From assembly GCA_041751995.1 (NCBI GenBank), contig JBGSHY010000059.1:1313-65312 (forward strand): a stretch of DNA of 64,000 nucleotides, given 5' to 3'. Position numbers and translations under genes: made by a program. The notes below the pieces were generated by a model. That model saw only the letters and a program-made list of their open reading frames with translations. It did no database searches and had not been told where the DNA came from. Position 1 is the first letter of the stretch, and each line of letters starts with the position of its first letter. The stretch is from Rhizobiaceae bacterium. Lineage in GTDB: Bacteria; Pseudomonadota; Alphaproteobacteria; Rhizobiales; Rhizobiaceae. Of this stretch, positions 36,016 through 47,329 are shown one piece after another.

Positions 36016-36538
36016 ATGCCTTTTGTAACATGCAGATATCATTAAATTTATTTTGATATTTTTATGTGAATGCTTGCCGGCCACCTAGTTGCAGTGTGTT
36101 CAGACGGTGCGCAAACTGGCAAGGACATCTGCGCGCGCGGACGGCTCAATGTTGCGGCGAAAAACGCTTCCGATTCCCCAACTCCGCGTCTACCGCGTCC
36201 CCTGGCCCCACACCATTATCGCCAAGGTCCGCCAAAGCGCAGATTTTCTCAACCTTTTGACAAATCAGCCAGATTTCGCGTCGGGTATGATTCGTGGCTA
36301 GGACGACGCGATAGAGTTGACGAGAGCACTAAAATGAAGTCCGACCAAACTACGTCACTGGGATCTAGACGCTCACTACACCAACTTAGACTTGGCCAAC
36401 ATGCATCAAAGCTCACAACATATAGCACTCGATAAACCGGCGAAGGAATTGTTGCGACAACATGGTCGGCGATCGCTTTTACTATACGCTAAGCAGGAGC
36501 GGATACGCAGAATGCGTCCACATAGAAAATCACCAATG

Positions 36539-37498
36539 CTATGACACGAGATCAATCAGCCCCCCGCGCTCGAGCAGTAGGATCAGCATCGTCAGTGTCG
36601 CGCAGGCACAGACCGTAGCGACGAGTAGCGCAGTAGCACTCAGTTCTGCCATGCCAAAGCGCGCCCCGAAAATCGGATAGATACTCATCATCGGCGTCGC
36701 TGCGAATAAGAGTCCGCCCGCGAGCAGCACCGGATCGAGCCCCGGCATAAGCAGGAGCGCCACCCCGACCGACAGCGGATGCCCTACGAGTTTGCCTACA
36801 ACGATTCGCAGCACCTCCATCGGTGCGCTAGTACCGGCGCCAAGCTGAGCCAGCCGCCCGCCGACCACGAAGAGTGCTAGCGGCACCGCCGCTGTCCCGA
36901 CAAGCGCCACAGGCCGTGCCGCCACGTAGGGCAGGCTGACTCCGGAAGCAGCCACCGCAATCCCCGCGGCAATGGCAATGAGCAGCGGGTTTCGGATCAG
37001 CGTCCGCCCGATACCCGCAAGTACCGCGCCGAGCGAACCGACCCGCGCACCTGCCATTTCGGCAATCGTGAGGCCAACGGGAAGCATAATCAAGTTCTCC
37101 ACGATCATCGTCTGTGCCAGAATCGGTGCCGCCTCTGCACCGACTACAAGTGTCGCTATTGGAAAGCTCAATGACCCGCTGTTGCTGACAGACATACCCA
37201 ACCCCTGCATCGCGCAGACACCTGCATCTCTGCCGTCCTGCCGCGCCCAGAGATACCCCACCGCAAAAATTACAAGCGATCCAGCGCAATATCCAGCCAG
37301 GTAGCGCACATCCATGGTCTCGCCGACCGGCGCCCCGGCCAGCGCATTGAACACCAATGCTGGCAGCGCCACCTTGAGGACGAAGGCGCTCAGCCCAACC
37401 AGCGCCGCAGCCTCAAGATACCTTAGCCGTAGCGCCGCATATCCCGCTACGATGATGGCGAAGACCGGAGCGACAATCTGCAGGACCGAAAAAACCAT
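36539..37498 (-). CDS. AEC (auxin efflux carrier) family transporter
   Basis: 319 aa from ATG 37498 (MVFSVLQIVAPVFAIIVAGY, the typical AEC N-terminus). About ten hydrophobic helices. The ORF opens at 37603. Confidence 0.8.
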   Translation of the reverse strand: MVFSVLQIVAPVFAIIVAGYAALRLRYLEAAALVGLSAFVLKVALPALVFNALAGAPVGETMDVRYLAGYCAGSLVIFAVGYLWARQDGRDAGVCAMQGLGMSVSNSGSLSFPIATLVVGAEAAPILAQTMIVENLIMLPVGLTIAEMAGARVGSLGAVLAGIGRTLIRNPLLIAIAAGIAVAASGVSLPYVAARPVALVGTAAVPLALFVVGGRLAQLGAGTSAPMEVLRIVVGKLVGHPLSVGVALLLMPGLDPVLLAGGLLFAATPMMSIYPIFGARFGMAELSATALLVATVCACATLTMLILLLERGGLIDLVS

Positions 37499-38101
37499 TC
37501 CGAGTGCCTCCCCAAACGAACTGAGTTGAAGTGTATCACAGTTAAGCGGCGCACGCTTCCGCAGAGGCGAAGACGCGCCTTGCATGAATGATGATGACTG
37601 CAATTACGGGCAAACTCGTCCGCGTGGTGTCGATCAAGTCTGGCCCCGACAATTGACAGCAAGGAGTTTCGACTTTCACTGGCAAGTTGAAGGCGGCACG
37701 TTTCGGCGCGTTTGACTGCGCCGAACTGCTCGCAGCAAAATCCTGCTTTCAAGATGGCCAATCATCAGAGCGGCGCAACAGTGTTCATCCTTCACCTGCA
37801 CGATGAAGGCACCTTAGCCGTACAGACTGCATCCGACGGCCGACCGCTCAATCCGTCACCGATTATTGAGATGGTGCCACACTAACGACTACCGTAATTC
37901 CGTTGATTCTTGGCGATGCCGATGATGAATCGCTGGCATTAGCGGGCATTTGCTCAAAGCTGATGATTGGCATTCGTCACGGCATTGAAGCCACCATGTT
38001 GCTGGAAGCCTTTGTGTCAACCGGACAGGTGGCGTTCATATGCACACATCCAATTAGTCACGGTTATCGTAATGGGTTCCAGAAATTCTGGAGAACCAAG
38101 A

Positions 38102-38485
38102 ATGCTCGACGCCAAATCTCTTTCTGTGATGTTTTTGGCATACGTTTGGGTAGTCTCGGCCCACGCTGAAAATCTCCAGAACGATTCGATCCGCGAAGCC
38201 ATTTCCGGTCGAAAAGTGGTGCTTTCGACCTTGGGCTTTGATTTTCCGTTGTTCTACAGCAAAAGCGGCAGCGTGACCGGCGATGGGACCAATTCCGGAC
38301 TGGCGAAGTATTTCACCCCCAAGGAAACCGGCCAATGGTGGGTGGCAAACGACCAGCTTTGCCAAAAATTTCCGACCTGGTACAAAGGCAAGACATGGTG
38401 CTTTGAACTCGAAAGGATTGACGCCAACCGGCTCTACTGGAGACGGGATGACGGGTTTAGCGGGAAAGCGCGCATAAACGGCTGA
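38102..38485 (+). CDS. Small secreted hypothetical protein (DUF995-like pattern)
   Basis: Signal peptide MLDAKSLSVMFLAYVWVVSAHA. GQWWVANDQLCQKFP...KTWCFELER pattern. ATG 38102 lies inside ORF 37967-38485. Confidence 0.5.
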   Translation: MLDAKSLSVMFLAYVWVVSAHAENLQNDSIREAISGRKVVLSTLGFDFPLFYSKSGSVTGDGTNSGLAKYFTPKETGQWWVANDQLCQKFPTWYKGKTWCFELERIDANRLYWRRDDGFSGKARING

Positions 38486-38652
38486 CAAACCTGCGGTTTT
38501 TTGCCACGTTTTTGCTTTGCCGCAAAAATGTCGCCATGCTGCCACAATTATTTAATCCACTGTCAAACATTCCCAGCGCATGTGTTGATTTGAGCCGGGT
38601 ACCGTTTGTCTCGCGGGGGCGGGATGGCGATCTCATAGGGGTTAGACGCCGC

Positions 38653-39891
38653 ATGACTTCACGAATTGGCGACCGATTGGTTTTACGTTCCAAGTTTCGG
38701 AGCGTCTGGATCTTGTGCGCCAGCGCAGTCGCCTTGACGGCATGCACCTCCGCCGGCCCCAAAGTGACGATGGTCAAGAAGACCAAGTCCAAGGAATATT
38801 TCTCTGAAAAGGATTATGGCGTCAAAGCCAGTCCGCGCGTTGTCGATGTCGCAATGGCTTCATTGCCCGGCATGAAAATGAAGCGCATGCCGCGCGGCGG
38901 CGGCCGGGACCAGATTGGCAAGCCCTACAAGATCAAGGGCAAATGGTATGTGCCCAAGGAAGATCCGAATTATCAGGTTGCTGGAACCGCCTCCTGGTAT
39001 GGCGATGCGTTTCATGGCCGTTTGACTGCAAATGGCGAAGTCTATGACATGAACCATCTGTCAGCTGCGCATCCGACCATGCCGCTTCCCAGCTATGCGC
39101 GTGTCACCAACAAAAAGAATGGCAACTCGGTTATCGTTCGTGTCAATGACCGCGGTCCCTATGCGCATGGCCGTGTCATCGACCTTTCAAAACGCGCAGC
39201 ACAGCTTTTGGACTATACCTCGACTGGCACCGCGCAGGTCGTGGTGGAATATGTCGGCCGGGCGCCGGTTGATGGCGCAGACGATGAATATCTCATGGCT
39301 TCCTACAAACCAGGCTCAGGCAATCCGGCCGAACTCAGCCCCGGTGTGATGGTGGCCATGAACAACGGCGGCGGTCAACGACCAGTCGTGGCGATGGCGC
39401 TTGCCGGTGCCGAAGTTTCATCCCCCAGGCCGGTCGCGAAGGTTATCGAGCCCTATGATCCTTTTACACCGGAAAATTCGGACGCTCTTCTCTCCGTAGC
39501 GCCGATACCTGATGCGCGGCCAAGTGAATGTGTGGATTTTACAGCCTGCGACGAACCCGGAACTGACGTTTTGCTCGCTGGCTATGCCGACAAACGTGTA
39601 TCGGACAGCCACAAGGCAACGTCCGCATTTGCAGCATTTGATCTGGACGAGACCAGGGTCATGAACGGCGTTCAGGATCCTGGCGCCGAGCGCATTCTTG
39701 TCGGTGTGTTCGACAAAAAGTCGATCAAGGGCCTAAGCGAAAAGCTGACCGTTCTTGCCACCATCAAAATGGAAACCGATGCTGATGGCGCGATATCTGT
39801 ATTCGCCCAGCCGAAAAAGGGCGGCTCGGTTGACAGTGCCTTGAAGGCATTGTGGAAGAACGGATACGCCGACGCTTTCGTCGTCCGCTGA
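38653..39891 (+). CDS. rlpA: Septal ring lytic transglycosylase RlpA family lipoprotein with C-terminal SPOR-like domain
   Basis: Lipobox LTAC. DPBB domain GTASWYGDAFHGRLTANGEVYDM...ARVTN..NGNSVIVRVNDRGP. C-terminal region ERILVGVF...GYADAFVVR. ATG 38653 lies inside ORF 38512-39891. Confidence 0.85.
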   Translation: MTSRIGDRLVLRSKFRSVWILCASAVALTACTSAGPKVTMVKKTKSKEYFSEKDYGVKASPRVVDVAMASLPGMKMKRMPRGGGRDQIGKPYKIKGKWYVPKEDPNYQVAGTASWYGDAFHGRLTANGEVYDMNHLSAAHPTMPLPSYARVTNKKNGNSVIVRVNDRGPYAHGRVIDLSKRAAQLLDYTSTGTAQVVVEYVGRAPVDGADDEYLMASYKPGSGNPAELSPGVMVAMNNGGGQRPVVAMALAGAEVSSPRPVAKVIEPYDPFTPENSDALLSVAPIPDARPSECVDFTACDEPGTDVLLAGYADKRVSDSHKATSAFAAFDLDETRVMNGVQDPGAERILVGVFDKKSIKGLSEKLTVLATIKMETDADGAISVFAQPKKGGSVDSALKALWKNGYADAFVVR

Positions 39892-39952
39892 GATATCCTC
39901 GCTCAATCAAAATCCATTGAACTTGTTACGGCGCTGGCCTAGGTCTCGCCGC

Positions 39953-41119
39953 ATGGGTTATTTCAACAGATTCATCAGTATTGTTTTGCTGGGCGCGGCA
40001 TGCTTGATCGTTGCTCCGGCCGCGGCACAGCTGCTCGACACCAAAGCCAAGCAAGCCTTCATGATTGACGCCATCACCGGCACCGTACTTTTTGAAAAGG
40101 ATGCCGACGCTTTGGTGCCGCCGGCTTCCCTTGCGAAAATGATGACCATGGAATTTGTATTCCATGCCTTGAAAACCGGGCGCAGGAATATCAATGAAAC
40201 GTTCCCTGTAAGCGAAAATGCCTGGCGCACAGGTGGTGCGCCGTCTGGCACCGCGACTATGTTCGCAGAGTTGAAATCCTCCATTCCGCTCGCCGATCTC
40301 ATCCGCGGCACCATCATCCAGTCCGCCAATGATGCCTGTATCATCATCGCAGAGGGCTTTGCAGGCAGCGAAGCCGCTTTTGCTGATTTGTTGAATGAGC
40401 GCGCCAAGGTCATAGGGCTGACCAAGTCGGTCTTCCGCAATTCAAACGGCCTTCCTGATCCGGAACAGAAAGTGACGATGCGTGATTTGGTGAAGCTTGG
40501 CAGTCATATCTGGCGTGAATATCCGGAATTCTACAAAATCTATGCCGAGCGTGAGTTTACCTGGAACAAGATTACCCAACGCAATCGCAATCCGCTTCTC
40601 GCAATGGACATCGGCGCCGATGGAATGAAAACTGGGTTCACGGAGGAATCAGGCTACGCCATTGTTGGCTCGGCGGAGCGCAATGGCGTACGCCTCTTCA
40701 TGGCGATGGGCGGCATGGCTACGGACAAGGAGCGGGCGGAAGAGGCGCGCAAGATGCTGGAATGGGGACAGACAGCATTCACCAAGGTGCCGCTTTTTGG
40801 CGCCGGCGAGATCATGGGGGAGGCGAGCGTCTTTGGAGGGCAAAGCATGAGTGTGCCTGTGGGGTCCGAAACACCGGTCGCTATCCTGATTGCCACCCAA
40901 AACCGGCTGCGCCTGCGGGCCAATGTGACTTACAAGGGTCCGGTCATTGCGCCTGTCCAAAAGGGACAGGAAATCGGCCAGTTGAAAGTCTATTCCGGCG
41001 AAACGCTGATTCAGGTCACCCCGGTAGTTGCTCTGGGCGATGTCACAGTCGGCACTCTGACAGACCGCGCGCTGAGTGCGGTCAAGGAACTGGCGACTGG
41101 CTGGATCCGGGCACTTTGA
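39953..41119 (+). CDS. D-alanyl-D-alanine carboxypeptidase (PBP5/6 class)
   Basis: Signal peptide. Motifs SLAKMMT (SxxK), SANDA (SxN), KTGFT (KTG). ATG 39953 chosen; the ORF opens at TTG 39917. Confidence 0.9.
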   Translation: MGYFNRFISIVLLGAACLIVAPAAAQLLDTKAKQAFMIDAITGTVLFEKDADALVPPASLAKMMTMEFVFHALKTGRRNINETFPVSENAWRTGGAPSGTATMFAELKSSIPLADLIRGTIIQSANDACIIIAEGFAGSEAAFADLLNERAKVIGLTKSVFRNSNGLPDPEQKVTMRDLVKLGSHIWREYPEFYKIYAEREFTWNKITQRNRNPLLAMDIGADGMKTGFTEESGYAIVGSAERNGVRLFMAMGGMATDKERAEEARKMLEWGQTAFTKVPLFGAGEIMGEASVFGGQSMSVPVGSETPVAILIATQNRLRLRANVTYKGPVIAPVQKGQEIGQLKVYSGETLIQVTPVVALGDVTVGTLTDRALSAVKELATGWIRAL

Positions 41120-41207
41120 CTTCTGGTCAAACGTTGCAAACTCCATAACTGCAACTTAAGAGCATTAAGCCCGCTGCGGGCCACAAGACAGAAGAACCGG
41201 ATCAGGC

Positions 41208-41852
41208 GTGCGCGGATTTTTCATCACATTCGAAGGCGGGGAGGGGGCTGGCAAGTCGACACAAATCACCCGCCTTGCCGAGGTTTTGAAAGCGCGCGGC
41301 TTTGATGTGTTGGTCACGCGCGAGCCCGGCGGCTCAACCGGCGCCGAGGCTGTGCGTCATGTGCTGCTTTCTGGCGCTGCCGAAAAGCTAGGCCCTGAAA
41401 TGGAAGCGATCCTGTTTGCTTCAGCCCGCAACGATCATGTCGAACAGGTGATCCGCCCGGCGGTTGATAACGGCAAGATTGTGCTCTGTGACCGCTTTAT
41501 GGATTCCAGCCGCGTCTATCAGGGCGTCACCGGCGGTCTGGACCCGGAATTCATGCGCCAGCTCGAAGAGGTGGCTATCCACGGCATGGTCCCGGACCTT
41601 ACAGTCATACTTGATATTGACCCGGAACTTGGCCTGGAGCGGGCCGCGAAGCGGCGGGCAGGGCCAGCCGACCGGTACGAGAAGGAGACGCTCGCCCTTC
41701 ATCGGCGGCGGCGTGATGGCTTCCTGGACATCGCCAAAGCAGAGCCGCAGCGCTGCAAGGTCGTTGACGCCAGCGCTGAGCCTGAGGCAGTCGCAGCGGC
41801 AATCCTTTCCAAAGTGGCGGCTTTGCTCAAGACTGCCAAGGTGGCTCAATGA
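41208..41852 (+). CDS. tmk: dTMP kinase
   Basis: [16 protein letters not shown]-loop and DRF motif. GTG start. Confidence 0.95.
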   Translation: MRGFFITFEGGEGAGKSTQITRLAEVLKARGFDVLVTREPGGSTGAEAVRHVLLSGAAEKLGPEMEAILFASARNDHVEQVIRPAVDNGKIVLCDRFMDSSRVYQGVTGGLDPEFMRQLEEVAIHGMVPDLTVILDIDPELGLERAAKRRAGPADRYEKETLALHRRRRDGFLDIAKAEPQRCKVVDASAEPEAVAAAILSKVAALLKTAKVAQ

Positions 41853-42907
41853 GCGACACTGACATCCCGGACAGCCACGACAGCATCCCCGGTTTTCCTG
41901 CGCCATCCGAGGCAAGCGCTGTTTACGGCCATGATGAACAATCACGCTTTCTTGCCAATGCCTATCGTTCCGGCAAGCTGCATCACGCCTTGCTGTTTGA
42001 TGGCGCGCCGGGCATTGGCAAGGCCTCGCTTGCTTTCCAGTTTGCCCGTCACATCATCGCCAACCCGGATTCGGCAAATGCGCCGGATCACATTGACCCG
42101 GACACCGGCAAGGATGTCGCGCACCAGATTGCGATGGGATCGCATGCGCAAGTGCTGTATTTGACCCGCCCGGTTGACCAGAAAACCGGCAAACACAAAA
42201 CGCAGCTGACGATCGACGAGACTCGACGCATTAGCCATTTCCTGTCGCGTACAGTCGCAGGCAACGGCTACCGCGTCGTCATTGTCGACCCCGTCAATGA
42301 CATGAATGCCAATGCGGCCAATGCGTTGTTGAAGAACCTGGAGGAGCCTACCCCGCGCACGCTTTTCATTCTTATCGCTCATTCGTCGGGGCGGTTGCTG
42401 CCGACCATCCGTTCACGCTGCCTGCAGCTTCGGTTTTCGCCGTTATCCGACGGTGATCTGCGCGACGCACTTGAACATCTCGGCGTCACGCAAAAACTCG
42501 ACTCCCATCAGCTTGACCGGCTCATTTCCCAATCAGAAGGATCACCACGCATTGCAGCCATGCTTTCCGAGGGAGGCGGCTTGGAAATCCTTGATGCGGC
42601 CCACAAGGTGTTGTCCGGGCAACGGTTCGACGCGTCTGGCGCGGTGAAAATCGCTGAAGCCTTATCCACGCGCGATGGCGAGCCATTGTATTTATTGCTG
42701 ACCGATCATTTGCTGAGCATAACTGCCAACTTGGCCTGTGAAGCCGCCAATACCGACAGTTTCCAAGCTGCTTCGCTATCAACACTTCATGCTTCACTTG
42801 CGGCCAAAATCTCCGAAGGCCTGCGTTTCAATCTTGACCGCCGCCAGACGCTGTCCGAAGTTCTGCAAAGCCTCCATGCGGCTATGGCCGGGCGAATGGC
42901 GGGATAG
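41849..42907 (+). CDS. holB: DNA polymerase III subunit delta prime
   Basis: [17 protein letters not shown]alker-like region, [16 protein letters not shown]. Overlaps tmk by 4 nt. Confidence 0.9.
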   Translation: MSDTDIPDSHDSIPGFPAPSEASAVYGHDEQSRFLANAYRSGKLHHALLFDGAPGIGKASLAFQFARHIIANPDSANAPDHIDPDTGKDVAHQIAMGSHAQVLYLTRPVDQKTGKHKTQLTIDETRRISHFLSRTVAGNGYRVVIVDPVNDMNANAANALLKNLEEPTPRTLFILIAHSSGRLLPTIRSRCLQLRFSPLSDGDLRDALEHLGVTQKLDSHQLDRLISQSEGSPRIAAMLSEGGGLEILDAAHKVLSGQRFDASGAVKIAEALSTRDGEPLYLLLTDHLLSITANLACEAANTDSFQAASLSTLHASLAAKISEGLRFNLDRRQTLSEVLQSLHAAMAGRMAG

Positions 42908-42964
42908 CTTTCAGGCTGCCCTTGGTCTATCTCTCCGCTACATATCGATTTGAACGGAATACCC

Positions 42965-44509
42965 ATGAGCGAGAAGTTCTACATCACCACGCCGATTTTC
43001 TATCCGAACGGAGTCCCGCATATCGGCCACGCCTACACGGCGATTGCCACGGATGTTTTGGCGCGCTTCCAGCGGCTTGATGGCAAAGACGTGTTCTTCC
43101 TGTCGGGCACCGACGAGCATGGACAAAAGATGCAGCAGACAGCAGTCAAGGAAGGCATCACGCCAATTGAACTTGCCGACCGCAACTCGGCAGTGTTCCG
43201 CAAGATGCTCGGTGTGCTGAACTGCTCCAATGATGATTTCATCCGAACCACCGAGGAACGCCATCGCGTTGCCTGCCAGCATCTCTGGGATAGGATGGTC
43301 GCCAATGGCGATATCTATCTCGACACGTATGGCGGCTGGTATTCGGTGCGCCAGGAAGCCTATTTCGACGAGGGGGAAACCATGCTCGGCGAAGATGGAG
43401 TGCGCCGCGAGCCGCTCGGGTCACCGGTCGAATGGGTTGAAGAGGAAAGTTACTATTTCCGCTTGTCGGCATACGGTGACAAGCTTCTCGAGCTCTATGA
43501 AAGCAACCCGGATTTCGTCGGCCCTAACGAACGGCGCAACGAAGTGGCGAGCTTTGTCAAATCGGGACTGCGTGATCTTTCCGTTTCACGCACCACTTTT
43601 GATTGGGGCATCAAGGTTCCGGGCAATGATGGCCATGTCATGTATGTCTGGGTCGACGCGCTGACCAACTATATTACCGCCGCGGGCTACCCGGACACGG
43701 ACAATCCACGCTGGGCTTACTGGCCGGCAACCCACATCATCGGCAAGGACATCGTCCGCTTCCATGCGGTCTACTGGCCGGCCTTCCTGATGTCCGCCGG
43801 TGTTGAATTGCCCAAGCGGGTGTTCGCGCACGGGTTCCTCTATAACCGCGGCGAGAAAATGTCGAAGTCGGTCGGCAACGTCATCGATCCGTTTTCGATG
43901 GTCGAGCACTACGGCCTCGATCAGGTCCGCTATTTCTTCATGCGCGAAGTGCCGTTCGGACAGGACGGCTCCTACAGCCACGACGCCATCGTCAACCGCA
44001 CCAATGCGGACCTGGCCAACGACCTCGGCAACCTTGCGCAGCGCTCGCTGTCGATGATCGGAAAGAATTGCGACGGAAAGGTGCCGGAACCAGGAACCTT
44101 GAATACTGACGATCAGGCAATTCTGGACATGGCCGACGCCGCACTGATCACGGCCCGCGCCGCGATGGCAGAACAGTCGATCCATACTGCCGTTGCCGCG
44201 ACCTTTGCCGTGGTTGCCGAAGCCAACCGCTATTTTGCGGGCCAAGAGCCCTGGGCGCTGAAAAAGACAGATCCGGCGCGTATGGCCACGGTCCTCTACA
44301 CCACCGCCGAAGTCATCCGCCGCATTGCGATCCAGTGTCAGGCCGTCATCCCGCAATCCGCGGCCAAACTGCTTGACCTCGTGGCAGTTCCAGAAGACCA
44401 GCGCACGTTTGCTCATGCAGGCGCAGCTGGCCTGCTCAAGGCCGGGACGCCTTTGCCTGCGCCGACCGGCGTGTTTCCGCGCTACGTCGAGGCGGAAAGC
44501 AACGCCTGA
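42965..44509 (+). CDS. metG: Methionine--tRNA ligase
   Basis: PHIGHAY (HIGH) and KMSKSVGN (KMSKS). ATG 42965 chosen; the ORF opens at 42950. Confidence 0.97.
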   Translation: MSEKFYITTPIFYPNGVPHIGHAYTAIATDVLARFQRLDGKDVFFLSGTDEHGQKMQQTAVKEGITPIELADRNSAVFRKMLGVLNCSNDDFIRTTEERHRVACQHLWDRMVANGDIYLDTYGGWYSVRQEAYFDEGETMLGEDGVRREPLGSPVEWVEEESYYFRLSAYGDKLLELYESNPDFVGPNERRNEVASFVKSGLRDLSVSRTTFDWGIKVPGNDGHVMYVWVDALTNYITAAGYPDTDNPRWAYWPATHIIGKDIVRFHAVYWPAFLMSAGVELPKRVFAHGFLYNRGEKMSKSVGNVIDPFSMVEHYGLDQVRYFFMREVPFGQDGSYSHDAIVNRTNADLANDLGNLAQRSLSMIGKNCDGKVPEPGTLNTDDQAILDMADAALITARAAMAEQSIHTAVAATFAVVAEANRYFAGQEPWALKKTDPARMATVLYTTAEVIRRIAIQCQAVIPQSAAKLLDLVAVPEDQRTFAHAGAAGLLKAGTPLPAPTGVFPRYVEAESNA

Positions 44510-45306
44510 TGCTTGTCGACAGCCATTGCCATCTCGACTTCCCGGACTTTGCCGAAGAGCGAGATTCCATCATCGCGCGGGCGGGGGAGGCCGGCGTCGG
44601 GTTTATGGTTTCAATCTGCACACGCGTGCGGAAGATCGAGCAGATCCGCGCAGTATCCGAGCGCTATTCGAACGTGTTTCACTCGGTCGGAACGCACCCC
44701 CACAGCGCTGGCGAGGAGCGCGGCATTCCTGCGTCGGAGATCATTGAACTGGCCAAGCATCCCAAGTGCGTCGCCATCGGCGAAGCCGGGCTGGACTATT
44801 TTTACGACAAGGCTCCACGGGAGGCTCAAGCAGAAGGGCTTCGCATCCACATTGCCGCCGCCCGCGAAACCGGCCTGCCTCTGGTCATTCACGCCCGTGA
44901 TGCCGATGCAGATATGGAAACAATCTTGCGGGAAGAAACAGGGAAGGGGGCCTTCCCTTTCCTGCTGCATTGTTTCTCGTCCGGACAGCGTTTGGCCGAT
45001 GTTGGCGTTGAGCTTGGCGGCTACGTTTCCTTCTCCGGGATCCTGACGTTCAAGCGCTCCGACGATATCCGGGCGATTGCCAAAACCGTGCCGCATGACC
45101 GGCTGCTTGTCGAAACCGATGCGCCTTATCTGGCACCGCAAAGTCATCGCGGCAAGCGCAATGAACCTTCCTATGTGGCTGAAACTGCGAGAGTATTGGC
45201 CGAAACGATTGGCGTTTCGCAAGACGAAATCGCGCAAATCACCACCAGCAACTTCTTCTGTTTGTTCGCCAAGGTTCCGGCGAACCTGAACCCGTATCCG
45301 GCTTGA
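44509..45306 (+). CDS. TatD family metal-dependent hydrolase
   Basis: [12 protein letters not shown]-terminus, IGEAGLDY, ETDAPYL. The start overlaps the metG stop by 1 nt. Confidence 0.9.
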   Translation: MLVDSHCHLDFPDFAEERDSIIARAGEAGVGFMVSICTRVRKIEQIRAVSERYSNVFHSVGTHPHSAGEERGIPASEIIELAKHPKCVAIGEAGLDYFYDKAPREAQAEGLRIHIAAARETGLPLVIHARDADADMETILREETGKGAFPFLLHCFSSGQRLADVGVELGGYVSFSGILTFKRSDDIRAIAKTVPHDRLLVETDAPYLAPQSHRGKRNEPSYVAETARVLAETIGVSQDEIAQITTSNFFCLFAKVPANLNPYPA

Positions 45307-45309
45307 ATC

Positions 45310-46119
45310 ATGCCGGGCCTGATGCGCTTCACCATCCTTGGCTGCGGTTCATCTCCGGGCGTGCCGCGCATCACCGGCGACTGGGGCGCTTGTGATCCGC
45401 TCAATCCAAAAAACCGCCGCCGCCGCGCGTCCTTTTTGATCGAGCGCATTTCCGCGGATGGCGGAACTACCACTGTCGTAATCGATACCGGACCGGATTT
45501 TCGCGACCAAATGATCACGTCCGGCGTCAAATCGCTCGACGGCGTCGTCTATACCCACGCACATGCCGACCATATCCACGGCATAGACGATTTGCGCGGC
45601 TTCTGGCTTGAGCAGAAGCGATTGATTGATGTCTATGCCGACGCATTTACACTGCAGCGTCTGCGTGAGGGCTTCGGCTATATCTTTGACAAGCCGACCG
45701 ACAGCTCATATCCGCCGATTGTGCTGGCTCATGAAATCACACATGGCGAAGCCTTCGAAATCTCCGGCAACGGTGGTGCAATCAAGTTCGAACCGCTGAC
45801 GCAAATTCATGGCTCGATCCGGTCGCTTGGTTTCCGGATCGGCGGTTTTGCCTATTGCTCGGATGTTTCCGATTTTCCCGCACATACGGCTGCGGCCATG
45901 CAAGACCTGGATGTGCTCATCATCGATGCACTTCAATATCGACCGCATCCAAGCCATTTGTCTTTGGACGAAGCGCTCGATTGGATCGACAAGTTAAAGC
46001 CGGTGCGGTCGATCCTGACACACATGCACACGCCGTTGGACTATGAAACAGTCGCAGCAGCGATGCCAACCGGTGTAGAACCGGGTTATGACGGACTTTG
46101 TGTCGAAATATCAATATGA
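45310..46119 (+). CDS. MBL-fold metallo-hydrolase (PhnP-like)
   Basis: YTHAHADHIHG metal-binding motif and GCGSSPGVP N-terminus. Confidence 0.85.
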   Translation: MPGLMRFTILGCGSSPGVPRITGDWGACDPLNPKNRRRRASFLIERISADGGTTTVVIDTGPDFRDQMITSGVKSLDGVVYTHAHADHIHGIDDLRGFWLEQKRLIDVYADAFTLQRLREGFGYIFDKPTDSSYPPIVLAHEITHGEAFEISGNGGAIKFEPLTQIHGSIRSLGFRIGGFAYCSDVSDFPAHTAAAMQDLDVLIIDALQYRPHPSHLSLDEALDWIDKLKPVRSILTHMHTPLDYETVAAAMPTGVEPGYDGLCVEISI

Positions 46120-46241
46120 TGCGCGGGAATTCTAACCGCTGATTTGCAGTCGTTCGCATTCTTCTACTAGTTTATCTGTTCCATAATCAATCTTATGCGA
46201 GTTAGATGTGTGCAGCTTAACCTGCCAACCCACTGCGTCGT

Positions 46242-47228
46242 TCACGCAATCCGCCCACCCAGTTCATCGTCAATGTGAATCCGGACAATCTCGTCAAATC
46301 CCCTGTCCGCTTCAAATCCCAGTTCCATCGCGCGCGTCGCCACAAACTCAGAAGGCCAACCGGCAACGATCCGTTGAATCGTTTCATCCGGTTCGCGGCG
46401 GATTAACCTCACAGCTTTTTCACCTGCAACACGCCGCAACGCGTCAATCTCTTCCGCCACAGTTGCCGACAGACCCGGCATGGTCAGATTTCGGCGTGGC
46501 CCGATCAAACGCCCGCCTAGCCTTGCCGCATGGAGCATGAAGCCGGTTGCTGCCTTCGGGCTGGCGAACCAGTGCCGGACACTTTCATCAACCGGCAGCA
46601 CCGCTTCCTTGCCAATCAGCGGTTCGCGCAGGATATTGGAGAAAAAACCTGAGGCAGCCTTGTTTGGTGCTCCCGGACGAATGCAGATAGTCGGCAGGCG
46701 CAAACCAACGCCATCAAATATTCCCCGTCGTGAATAATCAGACAGCAAAAGCTCGCAGATAGCCTTTTGAGTTCCATAACTGGTCAATGGCGTCGTGAAA
46801 TAGTCATCTGGAATCTGCTGCGGAAATGGTGCGCCAAATACGGCGATTGACGATGCAAACACCACTTTTGGAACATATGGCGCCTTTTGTCCTTCCAGCC
46901 GTATCGCTTCAAACAGTTGCCTCGTGCCGTCGAGATTGATCCGATAGCCCTTTTCAAAGTCCGCCTCCGCTTCGCCCGAGACGATGGCAGCGAGATGAAA
47001 AATGACATCCGGACGGCGTTCAATGATTTTCTCGGCAAAGCCCGGTCCAGAAAAATCGCCCGATACAATTTGGGTGCTAGCAGCCAGCCTTGGCGGCGCA
47101 ACCGCATCGATAACATCGACCAGTGTCAGTTGGCTTGTCTCCGACCCGAGAGCCCCCTCCTCTGACCCCAGACGGGAGCCAAGTTTACGCCCGAGCATTC
47201 CGGCGGCGCCAGTGATCATGACATGCAT
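46242..47228 (-). CDS. NAD-dependent epimerase/dehydratase (extended SDR) family protein
   Basis: ITGAAGMLG Rossmann motif and YGTQK (YxxxK) catalytic motif. Confidence 0.85.
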   Translation of the reverse strand: MHVMITGAAGMLGRKLGSRLGSEEGALGSETSQLTLVDVIDAVAPPRLAASTQIVSGDFSGPGFAEKIIERRPDVIFHLAAIVSGEAEADFEKGYRINLDGTRQLFEAIRLEGQKAPYVPKVVFASSIAVFGAPFPQQIPDDYFTTPLTSYGTQKAICELLLSDYSRRGIFDGVGLRLPTICIRPGAPNKAASGFFSNILREPLIGKEAVLPVDESVRHWFASPKAATGFMLHAARLGGRLIGPRRNLTMPGLSATVAEEIDALRRVAGEKAVRLIRREPDETIQRIVAGWPSEFVATRAMELGFEADRGFDEIVRIHIDDELGGRIA

Positions 47229-47329
47229 TTCGCAATCCTTGTGGAAACTTGTTAGAGCAGCCTTGAGACCGGCTCAACTTGCTGCGCTTATCCAATTTTG
47301 CCAACCAAATAATACGTCAGGCGCGTTTC

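Noticed and set aside
35776-36084. 102-aa minus-strand ORF
   Set aside because: It spans the tRNA-Ser gene on the opposite strand. Not credible as coding.
37754-37885. 43-aa ORF (MANHQSGATVFILHLHDEG...) and other short ORFs in the gap between the AEC transporter and the small secreted protein gene
   Set aside because: No motif, no SD, and below any reasonable length threshold. Mentioned only as possible pseudogene debris under the tRNA-Ser finding.
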